This document shows, in pieces, positions 19,126 through 30,060 of a stretch of DNA of 64,000 nucleotides. The stretch's first letter is position 1. The number at the start of each line of letters is the position of its first letter. This DNA is from Candidatus Multivoradales bacterium (GTDB lineage: Bacteria; Acidobacteriota; Thermoanaerobaculia; Multivoradales; JAHEKO01), in NCBI GenBank assembly GCA_965248055.1, contig CBDFIJ010000004.1:2464001-2528000 (forward strand), read 5' to 3'. A model generated the notes under the pieces. It did no database searches and was not told the DNA's origin. It was given only the letters and a program-made list of their open reading frames with translations. Made by a program: the position numbers and the translations under genes.

Positions 19126-19151
19126 GCAGCTATGAAACTTTGCGTATGAGC

Positions 19152-22100
19152 TTAGAAGCTGACCCGCACGCCGAACTTGGTCTTCCACCGACTGTTGATC
19201 GAATGAAGATCGAAGATCGGGTTGTTCTCCGGATCCGTAATCTGTCGGAACAGGGTGTAAATCGGCTTGCCAGCAGCATTGACACCCTCGACCTCAACAA
19301 TACGCTCCGCGTTGAAGTTGACGTAGCGCAGGACACCCGAGTCCTCGTCGATCAGGTTCATCAAGTTGAGGACGTCCCAAGTTATTTGTAGATTGACACC
19401 CTTGACCGGAATCGATTGCGCGATATGCAGATCTAAGGTGTGGTTGGTCGGTGCGTTAGAACAGTTGCGCGGAGCTATGCTGCCGCGGTGACTGCTCAAG
19501 CAACTATCCGCTTCGATGAAGGCGTTTAACTGTTCCCAGGTCCCTCCTCGTAGCTCGACGTCGTTGGCGGTTGCCGGGACCCAGAACAGGTCATTGCCTG
19601 TTGACCGGTCACCGTTAACGCTGGCACCAAAGCCGAAGTTAAAGAAGTCCGAGCCCATCATCCAAGAGAACGGCCGACCGGATTGGACGTTGTAGAACGC
19701 GGAAACAAGGGTTGAATAAGCACTACCCTGATTGAACGTGTAGCTGACCGAGGCGTTGATACGGTTCTCCACCTCCCAATCAGAAGTATTTGACTGTGGG
19801 TTCTGCGGGTCAACTTGCTCGTTGAAGTTGAAGTTGGAGACCGCGCGGCTGGACGAACCGTCGTTGACGGTATTCGACTCACCAAACGCGTAAGAGACGA
19901 ACCAAGACAGCGGACTACCAGAAGAGGGCTTCTCCAGCTTGACCGCGATATTGGTGGCGTCGCCTTCAGAGGAATTGGTGATCAAATATGCATCGCCGCC
20001 AACAACCCTTGAATACTCCGGGGCACCGTAGAACGTGGTGCCGACTTGTTCGAGGTCAGCCCTCTGGTAGGCGATCTCTTCGAGGCTATCGGAATAGACC
20101 AACTCAACCGAACCGTTCAAACCCCAGGGAAGTTGCCGGTCATAGGCCAAGTTGTAGCGCGCAAGGGTAGGAAACTTGAAGTTGGGATCGATGAAGTTGA
20201 ACTCACCAGATGTGGGGCGGGCTCCGGCTCCGATGTTTGCCGCCTGACCAAATGGGTCAGCGATAAACGGAACATTAGCTGCCTTATAGAAGGTCTGTTC
20301 GATACCAGTGCGGCCATATTGGTTGGAGATCCAAACATACGGTGAGCGTCCGGCAAAAATGCCTAGACCACCACGCAACTGCGACCGGGCGTCACCGTTG
20401 ACATCCCAGTTAAAGCCGAAACGGGGTTGAACCAGCATCTCTCCATCAGGCATTTCACTGGTGTCGAAGCCGTAAGTCGCTACGGTTGTAGGATTAAAAG
20501 TCGGGCTATCAGGAAAAAATGGCGCATCGATGCGTAACCCGTAGGTAATCGTCACATCGTCGCGAACTCTCCATGAATCGCCCGCGTAGAGACCAATCTG
20601 TTGCACGTCAAATTTTTGAGTATCGGATTGACCCGGGTTGACCTCGGTGTAGTTCCAGTCTTCGACAATGCCGTTTTCGAAGTCATCTAGGGTGTCGAAT
20701 TCGTAGGCGCCGAGCGCGTTTTGAATGAACAGATTATCGAAGCCAAAGAACTCGTTGTGAGTTCCCAGGGTGATGGTGTGATCGCCCTTGAGCCAGGTGA
20801 AATCGTTGGTGAATTCAATCAAGTCTTGGTCAAGCGAGTTACGGCCAGAAAAGGCATCGCTGCCGGCCTCAAATTCGCCACTTCCACGACCGGCAATGTT
20901 CTCAATCTCGATCCAGGGGAACAGAGGGAGGTCACGCGGTGCGCGGCGGTCTTCGATCGTCTGCGAAGCAAAGCGAGCCTCATTAAACATGGTGCTCGAA
21001 ATTGTGCTGTCCAACTGGGCGACCGTCGAGTTGGTTTCGTTACCCTCAGCGTAGGTCTCACTTGAGAACTCGAAGGTAAAGCCATTCGGTCGGTTGGTGT
21101 CGTCGCCAGCGTCGACGAAGTTGTGACGCACCGTTAAGCTGTTCTGGTTGTTCAAGTTGACGTCAACACGGGCAAAGTACTTGTCCGATGGATTGTCTTT
21201 GATGTTTTCGCCCAGCCCCCCTGGGTCATAGCCATAGCGGTCGGCGAGAATCTGGCGAAAGCGATTGGCCTCGTCGACAAAGCCAAATGTCTGACCGGAA
21301 GAGCCATCAATCGACCAACCGGTTGGGGTGGTGCGCTCCTCGATGTCGGCGTTGATAAAAAAGAAAGCCTTGTCCTGCGACAGTGGTCCGCCGAGACGAA
21401 ATCCGTACTGATCCTCGCTGAATTCACCTAGGGCACCGAGCTCTGCCGGCCCATCACCGAAGTTGCTGTTGTCGCGGGTAAAGTAGAACAGCGACCCTTC
21501 CCAGTTGTTGGAGCCGGAGCGGGTGACCGCGTTAATGCTGCCGCCTGAAAAACCACCTTGACGCACGTCGAACTCGGCCAGCACCAGCTGAACCTCTTGA
21601 ATCGCGTCCAAGCTAATCGGGGTGCTGCCGACACGACCGGCTGGGGTTCCCGAATCACTCAAGCCAAACAGGTCGTTGTTGACCGAACCGTCGATTTGCA
21701 GGTTGTTCATACGGCCACTACGACCAGCGATACTGATCGCTTCGGAGTCCTCGTTCTCGCCGCCCACCGTAATGAACGGATTGGTGCGGGCGAAATCGTT
21801 GAGACTGCGGGCGATGGTCGGTAGTGATTCAAGCGCCTCGGTGCCGACGTTGGATGCCGCTCCGGTACGGCTGCGGTTGATGAAGGTCGCTTCACCGACC
21901 ACAGTTACGGTGTCGGAAAACTCGGCAGAAGGAAGTTCAAACGAGAGCTGAGCGGCAGAACCCAAGGAGACCGAGATATTGCTCGCCACCTGGGGAGTGA
22001 AGCCGTCCATAGCTACTGAAACAGTGTAAGGGCCGCCAACCCGGACCGGGCCGATGGCAAATCGACCGTCTGCCTGGGTCGTGACAACGTACTGACGCCC

Positions 22101-22265
22101 GGTCGGGTTATGCAGTGCAGTTACCGTAGCACCGGGAAGGTCAGTTCCCTCGGTGTCGCTAACAGAGCCTGTGATCGAGCCTGTCGTTGAACTCTGAGCA
22201 CTCAAAGAGGCTGAGGCAACAAACATCGCGAACACGGCGAGAAAAACAAGTCCTCTACGCTTCAT
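19152..22265 (-). CDS. Oar-like TonB-dependent receptor with carboxypeptidase-regulatory-like N-domain
   Basis: Signal peptide; GSITGSVSD..LPGATV; plug IDGSVNNDLFGL, AIQEVQ, GGSINAVTRSGSN; C-terminal Phe; AAGGAGA RBS before MKRR. Confidence 0.93.
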   Translation of the reverse strand: MKRRGLVFLAVFAMFVASASLSAQSSTTGSITGSVSDTEGTDLPGATVTALHNPTGRQYVVTTQADGRFAIGPVRVGGPYTVSVAMDGFTPQVASNISVSLGSAAQLSFELPSAEFSDTVTVVGEATFINRSRTGAASNVGTEALESLPTIARSLNDFARTNPFITVGGENEDSEAISIAGRSGRMNNLQIDGSVNNDLFGLSDSGTPAGRVGSTPISLDAIQEVQLVLAEFDVRQGGFSGGSINAVTRSGSNNWEGSLFYFTRDNSNFGDGPAELGALGEFSEDQYGFRLGGPLSQDKAFFFINADIEERTTPTGWSIDGSSGQTFGFVDEANRFRQILADRYGYDPGGLGENIKDNPSDKYFARVDVNLNNQNSLTVRHNFVDAGDDTNRPNGFTFEFSSETYAEGNETNSTVAQLDSTISSTMFNEARFASQTIEDRRAPRDLPLFPWIEIENIAGRGSGEFEAGSDAFSGRNSLDQDLIEFTNDFTWLKGDHTITLGTHNEFFGFDNLFIQNALGAYEFDTLDDFENGIVEDWNYTEVNPGQSDTQKFDVQQIGLYAGDSWRVRDDVTITYGLRIDAPFFPDSPTFNPTTVATYGFDTSEMPDGEMLVQPRFGFNWDVNGDARSQLRGGLGIFAGRSPYVWISNQYGRTGIEQTFYKAANVPFIADPFGQAANIGAGARPTSGEFNFIDPNFKFPTLARYNLAYDRQLPWGLNGSVELVYSDSLEEIAYQRADLEQVGTTFYGAPEYSRVVGGDAYLITNSSEGDATNIAVKLEKPSSGSPLSWFVSYAFGESNTVNDGSSSRAVSNFNFNEQVDPQNPQSNTSDWEVENRINASVSYTFNQGSAYSTLVSAFYNVQSGRPFSWMMGSDFFNFGFGASVNGDRSTGNDLFWVPATANDVELRGGTWEQLNAFIEADSCLSSHRGSIAPRNCSNAPTNHTLDLHIAQSIPVKGVNLQITWDVLNLMNLIDEDSGVLRYVNFNAERIVEVEGVNAAGKPIYTLFRQITDPENNPIFDLHSINSRWKTKFGVRVSF

Positions 22266-22458
22266 TCGGATCTCCTTCTGGGGGATTCCACAATTGGAAT
22301 CGCTAAACATATTGGTTTTCAACAGATTACAACGACATGGACCAAAACAGGGTCAACATCATTGGCGAAGCGTAGCACGTTTTGTGCTGTTTCAGGGGCA
22401 ACGATGTGACTGTCTTGTTACGGCCTAAGTTCAACCCAGAATTGGGAGTTTAATCTTC

Positions 22459-23148
22459 TTAGTGTCTCACGATATGGGTTGACGAGATCTGATCTCGGGG
22501 TCGAATGACGACCTCAGAGACGTCATCTGTGGTCAACGGAGTCGTCCTCTGGTAGAGGACATCTGCTCGTGTTTGATCTCCGCCGAAGCGAACCACCGAA
22601 AATCCTGTTTCGACCAGTTCTGGGCAGATCTCTGAGATGCGCACTGGGGTTGTGCTGAGTTCTTGGCGTAGCGTTCGAGTGATGGTGCGAACCGCGTGCT
22701 TGGTATTGTTGTAGCCCGCGCCCGTTGGGTAGGTTTCAAATCCAGCGGGCGAAGAGAGGTTGATTACTTGACCAACGGTGGCGTGCAGCAATTTTGGCAA
22801 TAATGCTCGGGTAACCTTGAGCTAGCCCCAGCACGTTGGTCTCAAACCTCGTTTGCCAGTCGCGATCATTGAAGGTGGAAATCGGATCCAAACCGGACGC
22901 TAGTCCTGCATTGTTGATCAGGACATCGACTCCTGAGATGTCGTTGGCAAAAGCTTCGATGCTGGTAGGTGAGGTGACATCCAAGGACAGAGTTATTGCG
23001 CCGATAGCTGCAGCAATCTCTTGCAGTTGCTCGATGTGGCATGTATCAACAATCACTTGACTCCGGCTCGGGCGAACGCGCGTGCCGAGGCGGCTCCAAT
23101 CCCTGAGCTGGCCCCGGTGATCACCACTGTCCGTCGTGTTGGTTGCAT
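22459..23148 (-). pseudogene. Short-chain dehydrogenase (YdfG-like) with two frameshifts
   Basis: MQPTRRTVVITGASSGIG..AGVK* (stop 23053-55); second frame LDVT..DVLINNAG..FETNVLG; third frame VINLSS..YNNTK..ELVETGFS. Confidence 0.85.
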
Positions 23149-23153
23149 TGCGG

Positions 23154-23810
23154 TCAGACTTCGGCCGATGGGCATAGGTCGGCAAGAACACATTGGCCGC
23201 ATTTTGGTTTGCGGGCGTCGCAAACCGCCCGTCCGTGATCAATCAGCAAGTGCGACCACAGGGTCCAATCTGTTTTCGGTACTAACTCAATCAGGTCTCG
23301 CTCGACTTTGACCGGGTCTTTTTGTTCGGTGAGTCCCAGGCGGCGTGACAGTCGTCCAACGTGGGTGTCAACAACCACCCCATCGTCAATCCCAAAGGCG
23401 TTGCCCAGAACTACGTTGGCAGTCTTTCGTCCGATGCCGGGTAGTTTGACCAGCTCTGCCATGGCGTGCGGTATCTCGCCGTCGTGTCGTTCCACCAGGG
23501 CGACTCCCAACCCGTGGAGTGACTTCGCCTTGTTGCGGTAGAAACCGGTCGAGCGAATCATTTCTTCGAGTTCTGGCAGAGAGGCTTGCGCGTAGTCAGC
23601 CGCCGCCGGGTAGCGAGCAAACAGGGCTGGGGTCACAAGATTGACTCTCTTGTCCGTGCACTGCGCTGAAAGGATCGTTGCCACAGTGAGCTGCAGGGAA
23701 TCTTGGTAGTTAAGTGCACACTTGGCACCGGGATACTCGACCTTGAGCCGTGTCAGGACGGTGTTGGTCTGTTTGACAACGGACGCAGGCAATTTCTTCG
23801 TCGCAGGCAT
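23154..23810 (-). CDS. nth: Endonuclease III
   Basis: ILSAQCTD, Hh[17 protein letters not shown]6-C-X2-C-X5-C. Confidence 0.97.
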   Translation of the reverse strand: MPATKKLPASVVKQTNTVLTRLKVEYPGAKCALNYQDSLQLTVATILSAQCTDKRVNLVTPALFARYPAAADYAQASLPELEEMIRSTGFYRNKAKSLHGLGVALVERHDGEIPHAMAELVKLPGIGRKTANVVLGNAFGIDDGVVVDTHVGRLSRRLGLTEQKDPVKVERDLIELVPKTDWTLWSHLLIDHGRAVCDARKPKCGQCVLADLCPSAEV

Positions 23811-23817
23811 GGGAGAG

Positions 23818-24402
23818 CTAGTTGGCGGAAGATTCGACCAAGTGGTCGGTGACGGGCGCGATTGAATAGGGCGAAATACCTGCTCGCGTCAATGCCACCC
23901 CCCAGATGTCTGCTTGGTCTCTAGAGAAGATGAGATCCGGCTGACAAGGCAGGACGATCCAGTCGTGGCGACTAAATTCTTTCGCCAATTGGTCGGCATC
24001 CCAACCGGCGCTACCGAGGACCAAGCGAAACGCCTCTGGGGGCTGTCTGGCCAACAGCTCTAAATCTTTGGAGTTATGGGTCAGTAGGAGCCCCTCTCCG
24101 ACCGATAAGAATTGGTCGACAAGTTGTGCCCGTGCGCTTTCGTCAACCAAGATCGAACCCCGTTGGGGATCGACCGGGCCGCCAAAGAAGGTCGGCTCCT
24201 CGGCGTCTCCGGTCCACTCGATCTCCAAGCCATCGAGAACTTCGCGCACGGTCAACTCGGTCGGTCGGTTTACGATCATGCCGTAAGTTCCTTCTTCGTT
24301 GTGGTCTAAGACCAACACTAGGGATCGGCGAAAAAACGGGTCGTCAACGTGTGGCATGGCTGCGAGAAACGACGGAACCTGGAGGTCGAGGAGTTCACTC
24401 AT
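23818..24402 (-). CDS. YqgE/AlgH family protein
   Basis: AMP..DPFFRRS, H.EEG.YG.IVNRP, GGPV, G.AGW..QL..E. Confidence 0.92.
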   Translation of the reverse strand: MSELLDLQVPSFLAAMPHVDDPFFRRSLVLVLDHNEEGTYGMIVNRPTELTVREVLDGLEIEWTGDAEEPTFFGGPVDPQRGSILVDESARAQLVDQFLSVGEGLLLTHNSKDLELLARQPPEAFRLVLGSAGWDADQLAKEFSRHDWIVLPCQPDLIFSRDQADIWGVALTRAGISPYSIAPVTDHLVESSAN

Positions 24403-24466
24403 GGAGGGCTGATCTTATCGTCAAGCTGGCAGCCGGAAGACGAGTTGCGATGAGAGCGCCGAGAAC

Positions 24467-24496
24467 AAAAAAGGTCGACCCATTTGGGTCGACCCT
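24467..24496 (-). terminator. Rho-independent terminator after tRNA-Met
   Basis: Minus strand ggtcgaccca-aa-tgggtcgacc followed by tttttt. Confidence 0.85.
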
Positions 24497-24503
24497 AAAT
24501 TGT

Positions 24504-24581
<78 letters not shown>

Positions 24582-24592
24582 TCGGGCCGGCA

Positions 24593-24622
24593 AGGATCTC
24601 ACATGTTTTTGAATGGCGTCAA
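24593..24622 (-). promoter_or_regulatory. Putative sigma70 promoter of the tRNA
   Basis: TTGACG-18 nt-GATCCT with TG extension and GC-rich discriminator. Confidence 0.4.
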
Positions 24623-24885
24623 CCACTGTTGATCGCAATCATGCATTGACCTGGTTTTCCTATGAGTAAGCGAGGCGCGAGGATCAGATTTTTTGCCGCT
24701 CGAATGCTGGTCAGGTCCTCCACAAGAAGCTATGCTTACGTTGTCTGGAGAATGGTATCGAATTGTAATGGACAATCCGGTCCTGTTTGAGTGTGGTGGT
24801 GTTCCTGCCGCCGCTTGTCACTGGGCGATAAAATTGGAGGGTGGAGATGATCAACCAAAGAATCGAACTCAACCGTTTAGGATCA

Positions 24886-26850
24886 ATGCGGACTTTGGCG
24901 GCGCTGGCTATTGGTGTCGCTACGGTGGTGGTGGCGTGCTCCGCACCTCAGGTGGTCGAGCCAACGGATCGTTCTGATGCAGTTGCGGCTAGCGGTGTTC
25001 GTCGAGCAGAGCAACTAGGGGTTCCTGGCAGACAAACAATTCCTCTGGGTGACGCGGTGTTGCGCGGAGTTGAAGTTGCATCGTTCGTCGAAGATGTAGG
25101 CGTCGAGTCCGTAGTCCCCCCCAACAACCTGCCCACCCAGGCGATGAGTGCCGAACTCCCACGTATGGCGAAGCCCCGCCCTCGAGGAGTTGGTTATCCG
25201 GTTCCTGAGGGCACAGTGGTTGAGCGGGCAGAGTCGACGGTAGAAGGTCGAGTCGCTGGACGGAGGACTCGATCCGGGTCGATCGGCAGCGGAGATGCCA
25301 TGCCGTCACCGTCCGGCAATCTTTCGATCGCTGGAGGACAGGCACCTTCACCACAAGCAGGCAATGGCCTGCCGATCTTCGTCAGCGAATTTCCGGTTAC
25401 TGATTTCGATTCCAATGCCAATACTACTGGCTTCTTCTCGATTCCTCCGGATTCGCACATCGCTGCGGGCTCTAACCACGTGGTGACTGTGGTCAATACT
25501 TCCTTACAGGTATTCGACAAACAAGGCGGTCGACAGCGGGATCAATCGCTACGCAATTTTTTTGCGCCGCTCGGTCCGCTGACCGGAACTTTTGATCCGA
25601 GAGTTCTGTTCGACACTCAGTCTGGTCGGTGGATCGTAGTCACTCTGGAGCAGACTGATCGCGCCTTTGGCAATGCTGCAGATACTTCGCGCATTTTTGT
25701 CGCGGCTTCGGACGATGCTGATCCAGCAGGTCAGTGGTTCATGACGGCGATTGATGCACGGACGTTTATTGCCGGCAGTGATCGCTGGGCTGATTATCCG
25801 TCTTTGGGGGTTGATGAAGAAGCGATTTACATCGCCACCAACATGTTTGAGTTCTTCAGCAACCCCGGATCCTTTGGTGGGGTCCGGCTATGGATTATTC
25901 CCAAGGCGGCACTCTACGCAGGACAAGCGGTGAACGTGCGTCGAGTCGACCCTTACGCGGCTGATGGTTTCGCCCTCACCACGCAGCCCGCACAGTTCTA
26001 TGGCGATTCTTCTGGGGTTGGCGGTGTGTTGCTCGGCTACTCGGGACTCAATGATGGAACGAGTTCATTTGCCCAGGTGATGCGGGTGAACAATCCTCTC
26101 GGGGCTATCCAAATTGTTGGACCCCAGTTCGTCAACTTGGGGTCTATCGATGATTTGTGCTGTGCCATACCCAACGCTCAGCAGCAAGGTTCCTCGGAAC
26201 TTATTGCGACCAACGACCGGCGCATGCTCAACGCGACTTGGATCGGCGGCAAGCTCTATGGAGCTTTTACAGTACGCGCTGGCGGCCAAGCGACCGCACA
26301 CTGGGTAGAGCTGACGTCCGGGGCTTCGGCGACCCCGACGGTGAGTCGGCAAGCAGACATCCCCGGTGACGAACTGGGTGCTGGCACTCATACGTTCTTT
26401 CCTGCTGTGGCGGCAAACGAACGCGGTGATGTAGTGGTTGGCTACTCGGCCTCGGGCCCATCAATCTCTGCGGGCGCCTACTATTCGATTTACGCCGCTG
26501 GCGATGAACTGAATGACGTGCGGCCGCCTCAGGTTCTGAGAGCTGGGCTAGGTGCGTACGTTCGAAAGTTTGGAACCGACAACCGATGGGGTGATTACAG
26601 TGGTGCCGTAGTCGATCCAGTCGACGGTTGTTTTTGGATTTTCAATCAGTTTGCGTCGACGCCTGGCACCCCGGTACAGAATTCCGGATTGGGACGCTGG
26701 GCGACTGCGGCCGGTAAGGTGTGTTTGGCCTTTGGCTTTGCCCAGGCTCCCGATACCGGTGCACCTGAGAATGGTATTCCCAGCAGTGTTCTCGGCGACG
26801 GGTCTCCGAGAGGTGGTGCTCCTGAACGTGGGGCATCAGACACTCGATAG
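24886..26850 (+). CDS. Large uncharacterised lipoprotein, probably a beta-propeller
   Basis: Lipobox VVAC-S; low-complexity linker; PPDSHIAAG..VVN, FDPR, WADYPSLGVD..YIATNMF and RWGDYS motifs. Confidence 0.75.
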   Translation: MRTLAALAIGVATVVVACSAPQVVEPTDRSDAVAASGVRRAEQLGVPGRQTIPLGDAVLRGVEVASFVEDVGVESVVPPNNLPTQAMSAELPRMAKPRPRGVGYPVPEGTVVERAESTVEGRVAGRRTRSGSIGSGDAMPSPSGNLSIAGGQAPSPQAGNGLPIFVSEFPVTDFDSNANTTGFFSIPPDSHIAAGSNHVVTVVNTSLQVFDKQGGRQRDQSLRNFFAPLGPLTGTFDPRVLFDTQSGRWIVVTLEQTDRAFGNAADTSRIFVAASDDADPAGQWFMTAIDARTFIAGSDRWADYPSLGVDEEAIYIATNMFEFFSNPGSFGGVRLWIIPKAALYAGQAVNVRRVDPYAADGFALTTQPAQFYGDSSGVGGVLLGYSGLNDGTSSFAQVMRVNNPLGAIQIVGPQFVNLGSIDDLCCAIPNAQQQGSSELIATNDRRMLNATWIGGKLYGAFTVRAGGQATAHWVELTSGASATPTVSRQADIPGDELGAGTHTFFPAVAANERGDVVVGYSASGPSISAGAYYSIYAAGDELNDVRPPQVLRAGLGAYVRKFGTDNRWGDYSGAVVDPVDGCFWIFNQFASTPGTPVQNSGLGRWATAAGKVCLAFGFAQAPDTGAPENGIPSSVLGDGSPRGGAPERGASDTR

Positions 26851-26881
26851 CTAATTAGATTTCTGGCAGGGTAAGGATTAG

Positions 26882-28213
<1,332 letters not shown>

Positions 28214-28226
28214 GAAGTCACTTACA

Positions 28227-28577
28227 GTGCCAGCACGCATTCTCAGTGGACGGTTCCTAATCGCGACAGGCTTGTTTGCGATTCTGCTGTTGTTGGTGAT
28301 TTCAGGAATTCAGAGCTATCAAGATTTGGCTGCGGCTGAACATCGGTGGGCCGAACTGCAAGGTCGCATCGAACGGGTGCAGACCACGATTCATCACCTG
28401 GAACGAGATGTCAGCTCGCTGCAGAATAATCAACAGACGGTCGAGCGGGTCGCTCGCCAAGAGTTGGGGCTCGTGCGCGAGGGTGAAATCGTCTTGATGG
28501 TTCCAGAGCCGCCGCATAACGCACCCACCGAGCAGGGCCAACCTGATGCCGAATCTGGTAATTCAACTGAAAGCTAG
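28227..28577 (+). CDS. ftsB: FtsB/DivIC septum formation initiator
   Basis: One TM helix, coiled coil, VERVARQELGLVREGE; follows eno. Confidence 0.85.
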   Translation: MPARILSGRFLIATGLFAILLLLVISGIQSYQDLAAAEHRWAELQGRIERVQTTIHHLERDVSSLQNNQQTVERVARQELGLVREGEIVLMVPEPPHNAPTEQGQPDAESGNSTES

Positions 28578-28590
28578 CCGGACTACTTAA

Positions 28591-29991
28591 CTAACTCGCC
28601 TCGGCTTTGGCCGCTTTAATGCGGTCGCCACGAGACAGGGTAATTTTCAGAGCTGGTGGAGTCGCCAGGGTGGTCAAGATCACCATGATGACGACCGCAG
28701 AGTAGATCGAAGACGAGATCACCGGGTGTCCGTTGAGGGTCAATGCGGCGCCGATTCCAGCAAAGATCAACCCGACCTCACCTCTGGGGACCATCCCAAC
28801 CGCCACTGAGATTCGGTCCAACCCTCGTTCAACCACGCCCAAGCCACAGACCATCTTGCCGATGATGGCTGCAACGGTCAGCGCTAGTGCAAACCCAAGG
28901 ACCCCTTGCTGTGAGAACGTTGAAAGGTCAACGCCAATGCCCATCAAGACAAAGAAAACCGGCACCAGCAAAATCGTCAGCGGATGCACCAGTTCTTCCA
29001 AGTTGTGTTCGCCGCGGTCGGTGAAGTCGCGATAGTGAACGTCGTCCAAGATCAAGCCGGCGGCGAAAGCGCCGACGATCGGTGCCAGTTCGATGAGCGC
29101 TGCCAGATAGGAAAGGCCAAAGCAAAAGATCAGGGCCATGGTTAACAACATTCCCTTGATGCGCATCTTGCTGGCAATTCGGAACAGGTGCGGAGATAAC
29201 CAACCCCCTAGGAGGATGGAGCCAAAGAGGAAAATGGACGCCTTGGCGACGATGATGACGATACTGCTCGCCTCCAAGGTGCCACCGGCATTGGCGGCGG
29301 TTATCACTCCTGAGACCACAGCCAAGATGACCAATCCCAACACATCGTCGATAACCGCAGCGCCCAGAATGATTTTAGATTCTCGGGCCTGGGTCTTTCC
29401 TAGATCGGAGAGAACGCGAGCGGTAATACCGACGCTGGTGGCGCTCAAAGTGGCGCCGATGAACAAGTGGACCAAGGTGTCCTCGTTGGGCAGAAACCAA
29501 GAGGAAACCCCCCAGCCGAGGAAAAAGGGCGCCACGACGCCAAGAATCGCCACCAAAAAGCTCGAAGTGCCGACCGACAGCATCTCTCGAATATTCGATT
29601 CCAGCCCGACTTCAAACAGCAGCAAGATGACTCCCAACTCTGCCAGCATCGCCACCACCTGGTTGGTGCCGATGAAAGCAAGGCCACCGAATCCCATTAG
29701 GGTGAGATTGCCTATGACCACGCCAGCGAGCAACTCACCGAGTACCGCTGGTTGGCCGAGTCGCTCCGCAGTCTCCCCGCCGATCTTTGCCGCGGCAAGA
29801 ATCAACACCAGAGCCAGGAGAACAGGTCCGGCGGGGCTATGGTGTCCCGACTCCTGATCGGACCCAGTCGCCTGGTGCTCAACCACCCCGTCCGGACTGG
29901 CTGCTATTGAGCTGGCGATCATGGGCCCAGAAATCCAAGCTATCGACAGCAGTGCGATTAGTAACAAAAAGCGAGATGACGAGCGTCTCAT
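28591..29991 (-). CDS. CPA2 cation:proton antiporter (NapA-like)
   Basis: QPAVLGELLAG, LLFEVGLE, ATSVGIT, AAVIDD, IIGK, MVPRGEVG; start taken at MRRSSSR. Confidence 0.92.
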   Translation of the reverse strand: MRRSSSRFLLLIALLSIAWISGPMIASSIAASPDGVVEHQATGSDQESGHHSPAGPVLLALVLILAAAKIGGETAERLGQPAVLGELLAGVVIGNLTLMGFGGLAFIGTNQVVAMLAELGVILLLFEVGLESNIREMLSVGTSSFLVAILGVVAPFFLGWGVSSWFLPNEDTLVHLFIGATLSATSVGITARVLSDLGKTQARESKIILGAAVIDDVLGLVILAVVSGVITAANAGGTLEASSIVIIVAKASIFLFGSILLGGWLSPHLFRIASKMRIKGMLLTMALIFCFGLSYLAALIELAPIVGAFAAGLILDDVHYRDFTDRGEHNLEELVHPLTILLVPVFFVLMGIGVDLSTFSQQGVLGFALALTVAAIIGKMVCGLGVVERGLDRISVAVGMVPRGEVGLIFAGIGAALTLNGHPVISSSIYSAVVIMVILTTLATPPALKITLSRGDRIKAAKAEAS

Positions 29992-30060
29992 GCGGTTATC
30001 CTTTCCCAACGCCACAAGGCTCGCTAGTCTAACCCGTCTACTTTTTCCCGCCACCCAAAG

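Noticed and set aside
22374-22388. agcac-N5-gtgct palindrome upstream of the receptor gene
   Set aside because: Too short to distinguish from chance without comparative data.
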